Source: Neoechinorhynchus agilis
Taxonomy: Eukaryota; Animalia; Acanthocephala
NCBI GenBank assembly: GCA_051530055.1
Contig: CM121341.1
Coordinates: forward strand, 4,256,784-4,320,783
Length of the DNA: 64,000 nucleotides
Direction: 5' to 3'
Within the stretch, counting starts at the first letter, position 1, and each line of letters opens with the position of its first letter. A program made the position numbers and the translations under genes. The notes below the pieces were generated by a model. That model was not told the origin of the DNA, did not search any database, and worked only from the letters and a program-made list of their open reading frames with translations. Positions 33,774-45,365 of the stretch are shown in pieces.

Positions 33774-36700
33774 TTTTATTATTACTGTGAAAGTAAACAA
33801 TTATACCCGTTCCATGTATCTTTGGTTGCCGCAGTGTAGTTGGTTGTGCTCTTTCCTTCGATTCAGTTACTATTTAAAAATGACTGAGCAGCAGGAAAGA
33901 AGGAATGAAGGTATTAGTTCGCGATTTGTGCGGTTTGAAGGAGCGTTCTATGAGGGTGGGTAACATGGGGAGCGAATTGCGGCGGATAGGACATCAGGCA
34001 TTTGCTCTGCTTTGTGAAAATTGCTAGGAGTGTTTTTTCATGGATAGAAAATCGGCAGAGCAAATTTTGGCAGCTCTCTTATGGAAAACTTCTAGCTTGC
34101 GTAGCTGTGATTTGGAGAGATTGCAGAATGTGGGGTAGCCGTACGTTATGGAAGGGAGAATGTAAGCTAGATAAAATTTCGCTAGATCTGCCGGGATCAC
34201 CCCCAAACGACGAAGGTACGTCTTGAAATTATGATTTCTGAGGGCTAAAGAGACGTGGGAATGCCATTTTAGGTCTTGTTGGAACTGGAGGCCATTCGAA
34301 GGTTAGCGACGCGTTTTATGGCATTTGGTAGATATGATTGTGTGTGGAATGACGGGTTTCCTTTAAGAGCCGGGATCATCTCAGACGATTTCGAGAAATT
34401 GATCGATAATTTCATGCCGTCGTAGAAATCTGTAATGTTTAAGATTTCAGCCAGGGTAACAGACGGTGACCTGTTTGCCGGTGCAATGGTGGCTAGGGTT
34501 ATATCGTCGGCATAAAGAAATAGACGGGTTTCGCTCGAGAGGGGTTTGAGTCTGTTAAGAAAGATGTTGAAGAGGAGTGGGGAGAGGATGGCTCCTTGGG
34601 GGACACCTTTTGATAGAAGCATGGTCCTTGAGGTGGCGGCGTTGCATTTTATGTATTGCGCTCAATTTGTCAAATATGAAAAGATCCATCGAATTTGCCA
34701 AGTATCCAGTCCGAAATCGGAACAGACTTCGATAAGCTTGTGATCTTCCACAGAGTCGAACGCTTTCGATAGATCAAATTGGATAAGGTGTGAGACGAGG
34801 GAAGGTTTGGAATTAATATTTTGGATGAGCGCGGCATAAATGCAGAGTAGAGCATCTGTGGCTGAATATTTAGAGCGAAATCCAATGGAGCTTAAAGCAT
34901 TTTTCAAAGACTTTGGAGAGCGCGGGAAGGATGGAGATGGGACGAAAAGATGAGGAGGATACTGGAAGTCCATTTTTTGGTAATAAGGTTACCCTGGCCA
35001 TCTTTAAACATGATGGATAGATTTCCGATGCTAAACTGTAGTCAACTGGTCAATGATTTCCGGTATGATAAAACGAACAGCCCAGTTAGGAATGTCCGAA
35101 TGTGGGGATCCGTTGCGCGGCAGTTTCTTGAGATGTTGAAACACTTCGAGGGAGGAAACCAGTGGGGTAACTTCGAAGAGTCCATATTTTGTGTATTAGT
35201 TTCAAGTTGGATGTCACCGTCGTTTGGTGAGCATAGCTTTGCGTTGATGGAATCGAGGGTCGCCTTTAATTCAGAGGTTGACAGATATGCGAAGGTTCAG
35301 GGTTCCGTAGCCCAAGGGAACTTTTGATTGTATGTCACCAATGTGCGTTTCTCGTGGAGCGAATTATGGACGAGAGATATTCTTAGCGGGCATTCATTAT
35401 TTTTATAGAAAGCGTGCATTGTAGGCGTGGGAAATCGGGTGAATTTTTATGGTAAGCGGCAATGGTTTGTTGTTGGAGTAGCTTCAGAGTAGGACTGAGC
35501 CAGGGCGGGTCACGGTTAGTGATTTTAACAAATTTCTTGGGGATGCAAGCGGATAAGCAATACCGAATCGCCGAAGTGAGGTCGGACATCGTAACAGAAG
35601 GGTCTTGTGCATTACGAATAGGGATAAAGGGAGCCACAGATTTGAACATTTCTACGAATTTGAAGATGTGATGATCCCGTTTGTCCCACAGGGGAACTGC
35701 TGGATATTTGATACGAGGAGGTGGGCTAGAAGAGGAGACGAGGACGCAGGAGTGATCTGAGTTGGCGAGTGGTGGTAGTTTAGTAGCGATTGTGCAGGCT
35801 TGTATTTTGGAGAACACTTTCTCGGGGCGGGATTTTTGCCGTGCAGGAAATTTGGCGAGTTGATGCAGGTCAGAGAGTGGCGTAAACGGAAAAAGGTTGT
35901 TAAAGTCGTCTGCAATGAGGAAGTGGTGTGAATTGTTGTTGTTGAACAGATCCATCAGTGTTTCTATTTGGGCTTCTGCGACCGAGGGGCGAGAATCGGA
36001 AGGACGGGAGACGCCTGCGACAGAGAACTCTCGAAGGCCGTTTCTTAAGTGGGTGGAGAGATGAATGGTAATGAACTCAAGGTCGGGATGTTGTAGGGAA
36101 CCTATGCGGGATACTGAATAAGGCAGTAGAGTGCGAAAAGATTGAGATTCCTCCCCCTGTTCCGTCTTCGAGATAAGAGTGAAACGCTGAGATCCCGGGC
36201 AGGATTGCGGAGTCCTTGTTCCTAAGGGTAACCCATGTTTCGGTTATTATTATGATATCCGCATTGGTGCTTACTGACATACTTATAACCTCATCGAGTT
36301 TGGGAAGGAGGCTGCGAGCATTTGAGTAAAGTATCCTAGGAAAGTATATTTTCTTCTAGGATTGAGGCGATGATTTAGCTATCGCGGACGTTTAAGGGCT
36401 GGATATTTCGTTAGTATCCGGTAAAATGCTACTGGAGTTGGTATGTTTGTGGAAAATTCCAGAAAGAGGGTTGGGGTTATTTGCATGATTTCTTGGAAGT
36501 GGTGTAGATTGTTCGAGGTATGATCAGTATGTGGGCATTCTGGGATTCCAGAAATGAAGACGCTGCAGGCAGGGGAGTGATGAAGTGGGACAATTCGAGG
36601 CGAGCGAGGTGGGCGAGTCAGGGCTGAGGGAGGCGTGATACATCTCTGAACCGGGGGATTTGTCCTATTTCGGTTCGAGGATTTGGAGTGTCCGGACATT

Positions 36701-37059
36701 GAGAGCACGTCAAGAGTGTCATCCTTTGCAATGGTCAATTGGATGAAGGATAAAGCTGATTCGATTGTTTGTGGCGAATTTTGTTCGGGAGGAGGGGCCG
36801 ATTCAGCGTCCGGTACAGTAATGATAATGTCGGATTCGGCTTGAGTTCGAAGTTGCGGTTTCATGCATATTTCAGTGATTGAGTGTTTAGGGTTTAATTT
36901 CGAGAAGATCCTTTCGCAACAGAACCCACACATGAAGTCTGCAGTAGGATTCTGCGGGATTGTGCCGGAGAGGAGGGTGATTATTGTACAGTCCGGGCTT
37001 GAACACGAAATACGTTTTGTGTTTAGTTTGTTGGATTTTCTGACCGTTTTACAAACTGA
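33774..37059 (-). mobile_element. Compact, apparently full-length but decayed CR1/L2-like LINE (ORF1 + APE-RT) nested in the CRE element
   Basis: APE ILYSNARSLLPKLDE..DIIIITETW; RT FDLSKAFD, GVPQGAILSPLLF, YADD. 5' end TCAGTT, 3' tail TAATAATAAAA; degenerate 8-bp TSD caaacacg (33766-33773) / cgaacgcg (37060-37067). Confidence 0.82.
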
Positions 37060-38080
37060 CGAACGCGGATGAAGGATAAACTGGGAAAATTAGACGAGAC
37101 GTTGAAAGCCTCTTTCGAGAAAATTTTAAATACTCAGCTGTCGGACGAGGCCTAACGTCAAGCGTCCTTGCCTGTCGTCCGGCGGTTTAGTTATCCGAAA
37201 TGCAGCCGTTATTTCTCTGCCAGCCTCTTATTTAGAATCGTATGAAGCAGGCGGCAAAGTAGCTAAATCCGTTCTTGGTGAGAATTCCACCTTGGATGAA
37301 GATTTCGTGGAGGCGCTTAATATTTGGTGTGGAGATTCAGGCAGCGAGCAAGTACCCGTCAGTGGTTGCAAACAATCAGTTTAGGACTTTACCCCTGGTA
37401 GCGAGAATTCATAACTCTTTGATTTCAGATTCTGGTGTTTGGATCAACCCTCTCCCAATCGCTTCTGTGGGTATCCATCTCTCAGACAAGACAGTAAGGA
37501 TTGCAATGTCCCTGATACTTGGGGTACAGATGGGCACATCTCATCGCTGAAGTAGCGGAGCGACCGTGGAACCATCGGGACGAAATGGTCTCGTCTGTCG
37601 GGAATCAGGCGGAAAATACTCACGACGTGCCGAAATGAACGCAATTCCGAGTCGTGCCCTGAATACTGTGAATGCGCCAAACATCCGAGAGCCCAGCAAT
37701 CTTTGCCGACTCGATGGCTGTATACCGGACGGTGTCACAGTATTCCCTTGGCGAGGGGAGGCAAATGCCTAGACTATTAAACCAAGAAGAGCAGCAACCG
37801 CCGCTGAGGACGCAAAAAGACCAAATACAGGAACTCGGGTGAAAATGATTATTTCGTTCTTTTTGGCATCGAGAAACTCTGGTCATTTGGTACCGCGGCA
37901 CAGTACCTGGTCAATAAATTGTCCAAGAAACATGGACGAATCACTGGCGATCCGAAGGCAGGAGCATTCCTCCTCCAAAACAAAAGCCTGGTTGTGCAAC
38001 GGGAAGGAACGCTGCATTCGCCCTTTCGACCGTTACACCAGGACGCAGCTGAGTGATCCAGAGCGGTGGTGTGAATGATT
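37060..38080 (+). mobile_element. 3' part of the interrupted CRE element (post-RT, zinc knuckle, RLE), degenerate
   Basis: LDETLKASFEKILN..QASLP resumes where 33770 stops; ESGVW, RIAMSL, EPSNLCRLDGCIPDGVTVFPW. Confidence 0.82.
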
Positions 38081-38336
38081 TCATTTCAGCTAATAGATTG
38101 AATTTGATTAATAATGGAAAAGTTTGACATTATATTTGATTCATTTTCTAATGCATAATGCAATATTTCCTTTATTTTTACAAGAGGTAATTTTTTGGGT
38201 TAACACAATCACTTGGAATTTGCTTTTCGATTTCAATGAGTTAATTTTAATGCATGTTTTTTTATTAAGACACCCAAATTTCACTAATTATAAAACGAGC
38301 ACATTTATTTCTTAAGCTTAAAACTAACCAAAGCGT

Positions 38337-38774
38337 TCAATCGAGACAAGTACGCACCACCATTCCATTTTCGTCAAACTTTCCAGTCAGTTGTTTGTTT
38401 GCAATGAGTTCTTCAATGAGTCTTTTTGTTTCCTCTACGGACGTCTGCAATGCGTTAGCGACGATTTCAATTGACACTTTGTAATGTATTCTAAAGTATC
38501 GTTCCAAAAAAACTCTTTTGGCACTGTCCACGAAATCTTTCAGTTTTGGTGCCAGTGTTTCGTCCGACTTTATGAATTCGACAGATTCAGCCAAGTATTT
38601 ACCAGCTTCTTTAAAATCGAATTGAACGAATATACAAATAAAGAAATGATGGATGGGATCGTTTCTAAATGCGATCCTTCGTTGCTTGTGGTGATAAAAG
38701 TCCGCTACTGTGTTGATAAGATCAAAATTCTGACCACATTGAATCATTGCATCGATTGCGTATTCGACAGTCAT
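38337..38774 (-). CDS. EIF3E: Truncated eIF3e-like PCI-domain protein, 145 aa
   Basis: DPIHHFFICIFVQFDFKEAGKYL..SDETL...DFVDSAKRVFLERYFRIH..VSIEIVA...LTGKFD parallels eIF3e [20 protein letters not shown]...DFIENARLFIFETFCRIH..ISI (recalled from memory). The N-terminal two-thirds of eIF3e is absent. Confidence 0.75.
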   Translation of the reverse strand: MTVEYAIDAMIQCGQNFDLINTVADFYHHKQRRIAFRNDPIHHFFICIFVQFDFKEAGKYLAESVEFIKSDETLAPKLKDFVDSAKRVFLERYFRIHYKVSIEIVANALQTSVEETKRLIEELIANKQLTGKFDENGMVVRTCLD

Positions 38775-39097
38775 TTTTGGACAGAACTGATAGTGATTGA
38801 GAGTAAAAGTTTGAACCGAGAGTCGACTTATATACTGGGTTTCCTTAGTCTTCGCAGCCAATCAGAGTTCAGGATTTCACTTGTTGGGTTGCACATTGCC
38901 AAAAACCGGAAATTCCCACCAATACCCGCAGCGAATTTTTGAATTTCCAGGCATGGCATCGCTGCGGGTATTGGTGGGAATATCCGGTTTTTGGCAATGT
39001 GCAACCCAACAAGGGAAATCCTGAACTCTGATTGGCTGCGAAGACTAACGAAACCCAGTATATAAGTCAACTCTCGGTTCAAACTTTTATAATCCTT

Positions 39098-39535
39098 GAA
39101 ACTGTCGAAATGCGCAATCGATGCAATGATTCAATGTGGGCAGAATTTTGATCTTATCAACACGATAGCAGACTTTTATCACCATCAGCAACGAAGGATC
39201 GCATCCAATAACGATCCCATCCATCATTTCTTTATTTGTATATTCGTTCAATTCGATTTTAAAGAAGCTGGTAAATATTTAGCAGAATCTGTCGAATTTA
39301 TAAAGTCGGACGAAACGCTGGCACCAAAACTCAAAGATTTCGTGGACAATGCAAAAGAGTTTTTTGGAACGTGCACTTTTAAGAATACGTAAAAGTGTCA
39401 ATTGAAATCATCGCTAACGCAATGCAGACGTCCGTAGAGGAAACAAAAAGTCTCATAGAAAAACTCATTGCAAACAAACAACTGACTGGAAAGTTTGACG
39501 AAAATGGAATGGTGGTGCGTACTTGTCTCGATTGA
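39098..39535 (+). CDS. EIF3E: Truncated eIF3e-like PCI protein, copy with indels (pseudogene or sequencing error)
   Basis: Mirror of 38337-38774; garbled around 39085-39110 and 39365-39395. Confidence 0.55.
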
Positions 39536-40587
39536 ACGCTTTGGTTAGTTTTAAGCTTAAGAAATAAATGTGCTCGTTTTATGATAAGTGGAATTCGGGT
39601 GTCTTAATAAAAAAAACATGCATTAAAATTAACTCATTGAAATCGAAAAGTGAATTTCAAGTGATTGTATTAACATAAAAAATTACCTCCTGTAAAAATA
39701 AAAGAAATATTTTTTTCTATCATAAATTTGGTTGTGGACAATTTATCTTGCTGCGCGGCAGGAGGAACGCTGCATCCGTCCTTTCGACCGTTACATCAAG
39801 ATGGTGGCTGAGCGATACCAGAGCGGTATTGTGAATGATTTTTGCTCCGAGATTAAGTGAACCTTTATAAGATAAGGTTGCCGTTTGTCAAAAAAACTTG
39901 AAAACAACTAAAAAACTGCCAGTTTTTAGCTGGTTATCAGCTTTCGATTTCCGAAGCACCCATAAAATTCGAAAACGATCATAAACTTTAATTTCACTTG
40001 TTCGTTCGTCTAAGTCCGGTGAATCTACGGTCCATGAAGTCGCTCGCCCCTATGCAGTTCAACTATAAATTACGGTTGTGATAACTTTCAAAAAAGGAAA
40101 AAAGAGGTAACTTAAAAAGTTGTCTTTAATATGGGACTTTCTCATGTCCAGCAGGTCACTTTTTGGCCGACTCGCGATTTATTTAGACGTCGAGAGTCGT
40201 ACAAAGAAAGGTTGAGCCGTGCTTATTTTCATGTAAGTTATAAATCGAACTATTTAAATTATATAAAACCTCGTTGCAATAATTGTATTTATATCTTTGT
40301 TATATAACATCTCAACGGCTGAGCGTTCGAAATAATGTTTGCTCAAAGTGAGATTTCCTCAAAAATTAGGGAATAATTCGAAGAAGATACGCCTGAATAT
40401 CTAGGAATCTGACGTACAGTTTCAACATCTTATCAACTAAAGTTCGTTAAAGTACCTACAAATGTTAAAATAGTTTCTAAGACAAGAAGAAAATACATGC
40501 ACTTTTAATTTGGATTCTCAAAGGCTTAAAAATGGGTCTTTCGATCCACATTTAATACTAATTAAATTTCTGCAAGTGAAAATGATT

Positions 40588-41369
40588 TTATCGGTTGCAT
40601 TCACTTTCGTCTAGCTGTTCATTTGATTTAACATCCCAGCTTAAGTCGCTCCAGCAATAAGCGCAAATGGCCTTTGAAACTCCTTTAAGATACAACTGCT
40701 GAAATTCAAGCATCTTGATGTTCGCCACACTTAATAGTTTCATACTCAAGACATCCAATGGATAAGTCCGAGAAATATATAAGCAGGAAAGTCTCCAAGT
40801 GTACTTAAGAGCCAGTGTGACCAACTCATCGCACCGAATATCGCATGTTCCTCGAGACGAATAGCCGCGTCCACCCCAAGGAGGACTAAGAAAAACCAGA
40901 TCAAAGCATTGGGAACGGAAAGGAGGATAATGGCAGTCAGCAAGAACCAAATCGACTGTTTTTTCGGTTTCATAAATAGAAGCATTGTGCTTGGCGTATT
41001 CGAGAGCGACTGGATCGTGGTCGATGCCAATAGTGAAGTATCGGTTTGCGAAATGGATTGCATTTCCACCAACTCCACAGTACATGTCGAGACATAATGC
41101 ACCTTCTTGGAATTGTCGTGGAATCGCTGATTCAGCGATCTGCTTCGCTACGAACTCCGGCGTCACCGAAAAGAAATCAATATCGTCCCGCATTTTAATA
41201 CCGCTGTCGAATTGAGTAAAAAGGTTGTATTTATTCGCATAAGGAGGTTTAGTTGCTTTTGGGCAAGAATCAGGTATCGAGATTGGACAATTCGTATTGT
41301 AATCCGTTGGATCTCACCAAAAAAGTCAGAAACTGTTTCAAAAACTTTGACTCCTTCCCGAAATCCCAT
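40588..41369 (-). CDS. TGS1: Trimethylguanosine synthase (RNA cap hypermethylase); exons 41318-41369 and 40588-41255
   Basis: YNLFTQFDSGI..FFSVTPE, DMYCGVGGNAIHFA, IDHDP, VFLSPPWGG; 62-nt GT-AG intron in phase. Confidence 0.92.
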
Positions 41370-42249
41370 TTTCGAATGCGTATTTATGGGGTTTACTTTG
41401 ACTCTGATATCTCGTAAGAGGTTAGCAATCCAAAGTTCACGAAAATCGTAAAAAGCGCTCTAAAGTTCGATACAAACTGAAAAAATCTTAATTTTTAGGC
41501 GAAAACCACGAATAAAAGTGAATTTCAACATTACTTCGTTTTGGGTGCGTTCGAATGAAAAGATCAACCTGTCTGTAAACAAAGATGAGATCCACTTTCA
41601 TATTTCTCCATTAACTTTACAGTATTTTTGATATAACTAATAAATTTTCTTCGATTGTGAAGCGAATATCCCTCTTGTTCCAAAACATCCAATCCTTCTC
41701 CAGCTGATAATTTCCGCTTTTCATTTAATAATGAATCAGAGCCGTTTGCTTGATTTTCTATATCAAACAAATGATATTCCTTCAATCTCGCAATAATGTA
41801 CTCGTAAATATTCATTTCTGGGTGCAAATAATTAAACTGAATAGGTCCCTTGTGATGGGAAAAGAATCTACGTGGTACAAAGGCTTTCGTGAAAGATAAG
41901 CTCAAATCGTTGTCGAACGTAACATTCATAATGCAATAGGTCATTTTCTGAAAATAAGGAATAAATATATTAAACCAGCATTTGTATCAACTATCAAACG
42001 TCCAAAAAAACAGCAATAAAAAGACTTTGAATTAATTATTATGATGGAATTCAAAAAAAAGGTTTTTTTATTTGGAAAGCAATTGCCCGAGAGCCTACAC
42101 AGGGCTTTAATTTTTCTCAATTTCTCTCTATTTTGGAACCAGTGATTGCGCTACAAAGTGAATCGTTAAGCGATTTAACCTTTGTGGTGATCCAGATAGA
42201 AATTCAATTTTTAGTGTTTAATGGGCGACTTATTATTGTAATGTCAACT

Positions 42250-43350
42250 ACAAGGAAAATTTATTCAGCGTATCCGCGTCGGAGGATAAACGTCGCAAAC
42301 AAAAATCCTTTAGAAACCCAGCCCAATCTTGAGGCAATGAGTCAATGTGCCTGAAAAATCCTTGAATAAAAAGTGGCTTATGTTCGGGAGGGCGACCTCT
42401 AGAATAAAAAACAAGGCTGGCGATAGCCCAAGTTTTCCATAGAGTTCTTACATTATTAAAATTCAGCCCCAATTTGCATTCGATTTTGCTACTTTTAGAA
42501 GTTTTTTCATTTGAGTAATGTCTGTCCTAGGGGACAAATTGACTGTGATCGTGTGTCCGAGAATACGCAGCTTATTGGGCATAAAAGAGTTGTTCGATAC
42601 GGATTGAGAATTGTTGGATAAAAGTGAATAAAAGAATAGTTTGAAGTCTGCGTATTCGGCTTGAGCGGCGTTTAATGATCAATTTTGTTTTCATTAAATT
42701 AAGAGAAAGGTTCATGTGAGGTAGTATGGTGTTTAGATACTTTATGGATTGTTCGATTAAAAGTTTCAGCCTGGCTGCCCTATGAGATTTCATCACAAAA
42801 CTGGTTTCATCTGCATAACAAATCATAGATGCATTAATTTTGAACAATGTATTGAGAAGAAAAAAAGGAATAAAGTGGCGATCCTCGTGGAACATCGTTA
42901 AGAAGGTAATAAAACGTCTTACCAGTATCATCATTTTAATAAAAAGCTTTCGAGAAAAGCTTAGGTTATGTGGAACACTGAAAAATTCCAACATTTCAAC
43001 GACGAAGCTTAGGGAGATTTTGAAAGTGCACGTAGAGGGTACGCATCGTCGCCAAAGTTCGAATAAATATCAGCCCACGCTGAGTGAACAGACTCAGCCT
43101 TTCAAAAAACCATTGGCAGCATTTGGATATGCAGTTGTGCTCCAAGACGAAAAGATTAAGTTTTTGCGCTAGAGCACGTTCGTAGATGGTGACCAATGGG
43201 GTTTGAAAAAAGACCGGGCGGATGTTTTTTCCCATTTTTAACCAAGAAGATGCGCCGTGAAATATTTATATCCCGACAGGCATACGGGGAACACTACAAC
43301 ATCAATTTTGGTATGGCAGAGAGAAGCATTTGGTTCCTGAAGTGCTGCTG
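42250..43350 (-). mobile_element. Decayed RT of an unclassified LINE-like family
   Basis: GKNIRPVFFQTPLVTIYERALAQKL; ICYADET...LSLNLMKTKLII; C-terminal LVFYSRGRPPEHK. Confidence 0.6.
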
Positions 43351-44895
43351 GATGAGGAAATTTTGGGATTAAGGAACCAAACTTTGGCAATATCATTCTG
43401 AGTCAAATCAGAGCAGTTACGGATTGATCTGCGAAATGTGATCGGCGGTGTGATGCCTTTAGAGCAAGAGGAGGCATGAAAATCAAAGATAGAAGTTAGT
43501 ATCTGGTCCAAAGTGGAGGTTTTTAACCAGGAGGTTAGCTCTGATTTCCAATTAATGAATTTCTTACTCGAAATCGTATTCTACCACTTCGAAAAAAAGG
43601 CGCCGCCGAACGCCGTTTGTTGTCTACAGCGAGCTGGCCAGTATTGACTGGAAAGTATTTTGGATTCAAACCTGCAAGGGTCGCGATGCGCGCTAAAATT
43701 GATAAAAATTGCGCTCTACGTTCAGAAAGGAATATACTTGAAGGCAAACTTCGGGATTCTCCGGGTACCCCGGATCGAAAGGTAGTGATTGATCAAGGTT
43801 TGTTTCGGTTTAATGACTCTAACTCCGGTTTTGATGGAGTTTTGGGATCACTACTTTCTCAATGTCAGGTGGATGATCATAAGCAACCGGTTGTGATGGA
43901 GACAAAAGTTCGGCCCGCAAAAGTAGTTATGTCCTTCGTCCTGTAAGGAAAGAGGATTACATAGTGATAATCAAAAATGAAGACCTTTCATCAAAAGAAA
44001 GTAGGATCAAAACAGTCATCAAAGATTTTGGAAAGTCGTTCCCTATGGATTGTAAAATATTTAAAAAAGTTTCTCCAATCAATTCTCGCAAAAAATTGTG
44101 CTTTTCTCCGAGAAATTCAAAAGAGCTTTCATTAAATATTTAACCGAAAAAGAAATTCCTCACTCGGATCTATCAAGGAATTGCAATGTACTCTTGCTCA
44201 ATCCGCCTCCCGAGGTAGATGAAAAACGTAAAATTTTTATGAAAGATACGCTTGGAATTAATTTTATTAAGTATCTGTTTAAACTTAATAGCCAATTCCC
44301 ATACGCAATTCTCGGGCAAACGGACATTGACAACGCAAGTAGAAGAGATAGTACCTCTACTGGTTTTTGTTTATTTCATATAACTTTTGCCGTTTTCAAG
44401 AACCCGATAGTCGAGTACATTTTGTACCGTGAGAATGAGGTAAACTGTACCCATTGCAGTAGAGAGCATTTGTCCAATCAATGTCCCAATAAATCCAGTA
44501 GGAAAGTTGTGAATTGCGGGATGAATCATAAAGCGTATGATCCTAGATGCGGTGAGGCGAAATATTAAAAAAATCATGAATAGTAGCAAAAATAAAATTT
44601 CAGCTTCTGCTATAGTGACTTGTAAATTAATTTTTAAAGAACAAGCTCAAATACATGAGATGAAGAGGGTTGTCTCTGATTTGGAATGTCTAAAGAGAGA
44701 AAATAGTACGTTGAAAGAGGAATTGAAAATATGTCAGAATGTTAACAAGGAACTGTAAATCATCAAACTCAAAAATATTGAGCTTAAGAGCTTATTAAGA
44801 AATTTGATTACGGCACTGAAAAACACATTTTTAATTTGAAAAATATAAAATAAAATGTGTTTGACAAATTCTTGTTTAATTCTTGTCTTCAAATG

Positions 44896-45280
44896 TTATG
44901 TTTGTTCGGCAGCTTCCTTGATGGCCGCGGCATTGCTGCGTTGGATTGCCGCGCTGATTCGCTGCAACAGGAAGCTGCTGGATCGCATATCGCCGGTGGC
45001 ATGTTTTAGCATCCCTCCCAGTCGTGAGAGGAAATAATCGGCTTCTTTTCCGAGACATCCCAGTGTTTCCACCGCAATCGGGATGAAAATATATTGATGC
45101 CCATCGAGCGAGGAGTACTTCTGCTGCTTCTTTTCCTCGCTGAAGCTGGCGACTGCTCCCGCCTTTGAGGTGGCATCCCGTAAGTGGGATGCTGCGAGCG
45201 TGTTGGAGCAGGTGAAATCCAAAACCAGTATTTTCCCGGAGCACCATGGGAGGAGAGTCGCTCCATCAGGGCGTTTACCT
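44896..45280 (-). mobile_element. 5'-truncated CRE-clade copy with intact RLE coding sequence
   Basis: GKRPDGATLLPW..LDFTC..EEKKQQKY..PIAVETLG..QRISAAIQRSNAA. Confidence 0.88.
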
Positions 45281-45365
45281 CGTCGATAGGAGAGATAAAT
45301 GAAATTAAGATTTTATTGGATATTTCGATCCACTATCTCGGATATTCTTCAGCGATTGTTCGCAA
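45280..45365. mobile_element. Second (partial) copy of the MITE-like element at 25066-25172
   Basis: Reverse-complement similarity (gaaattaag...ggatatttcgatccactatctcggat..cttcagcgattgtt). Confidence 0.7.

Larger units (their letters stand above)
38160..39712. repeat. Palindrome copy 1 (eIF3e-PCI cassette); 24-nt spacer 38935-38958
   Basis: Left and right arms are reverse complements around gcagcga/tcgctgc. Confidence 0.92.

Noticed and set aside
41564-41944. 126-aa ORF as a host gene
   Set aside because: No family recognised; it lies directly downstream of a decayed RT on the same strand and may be element-derived.
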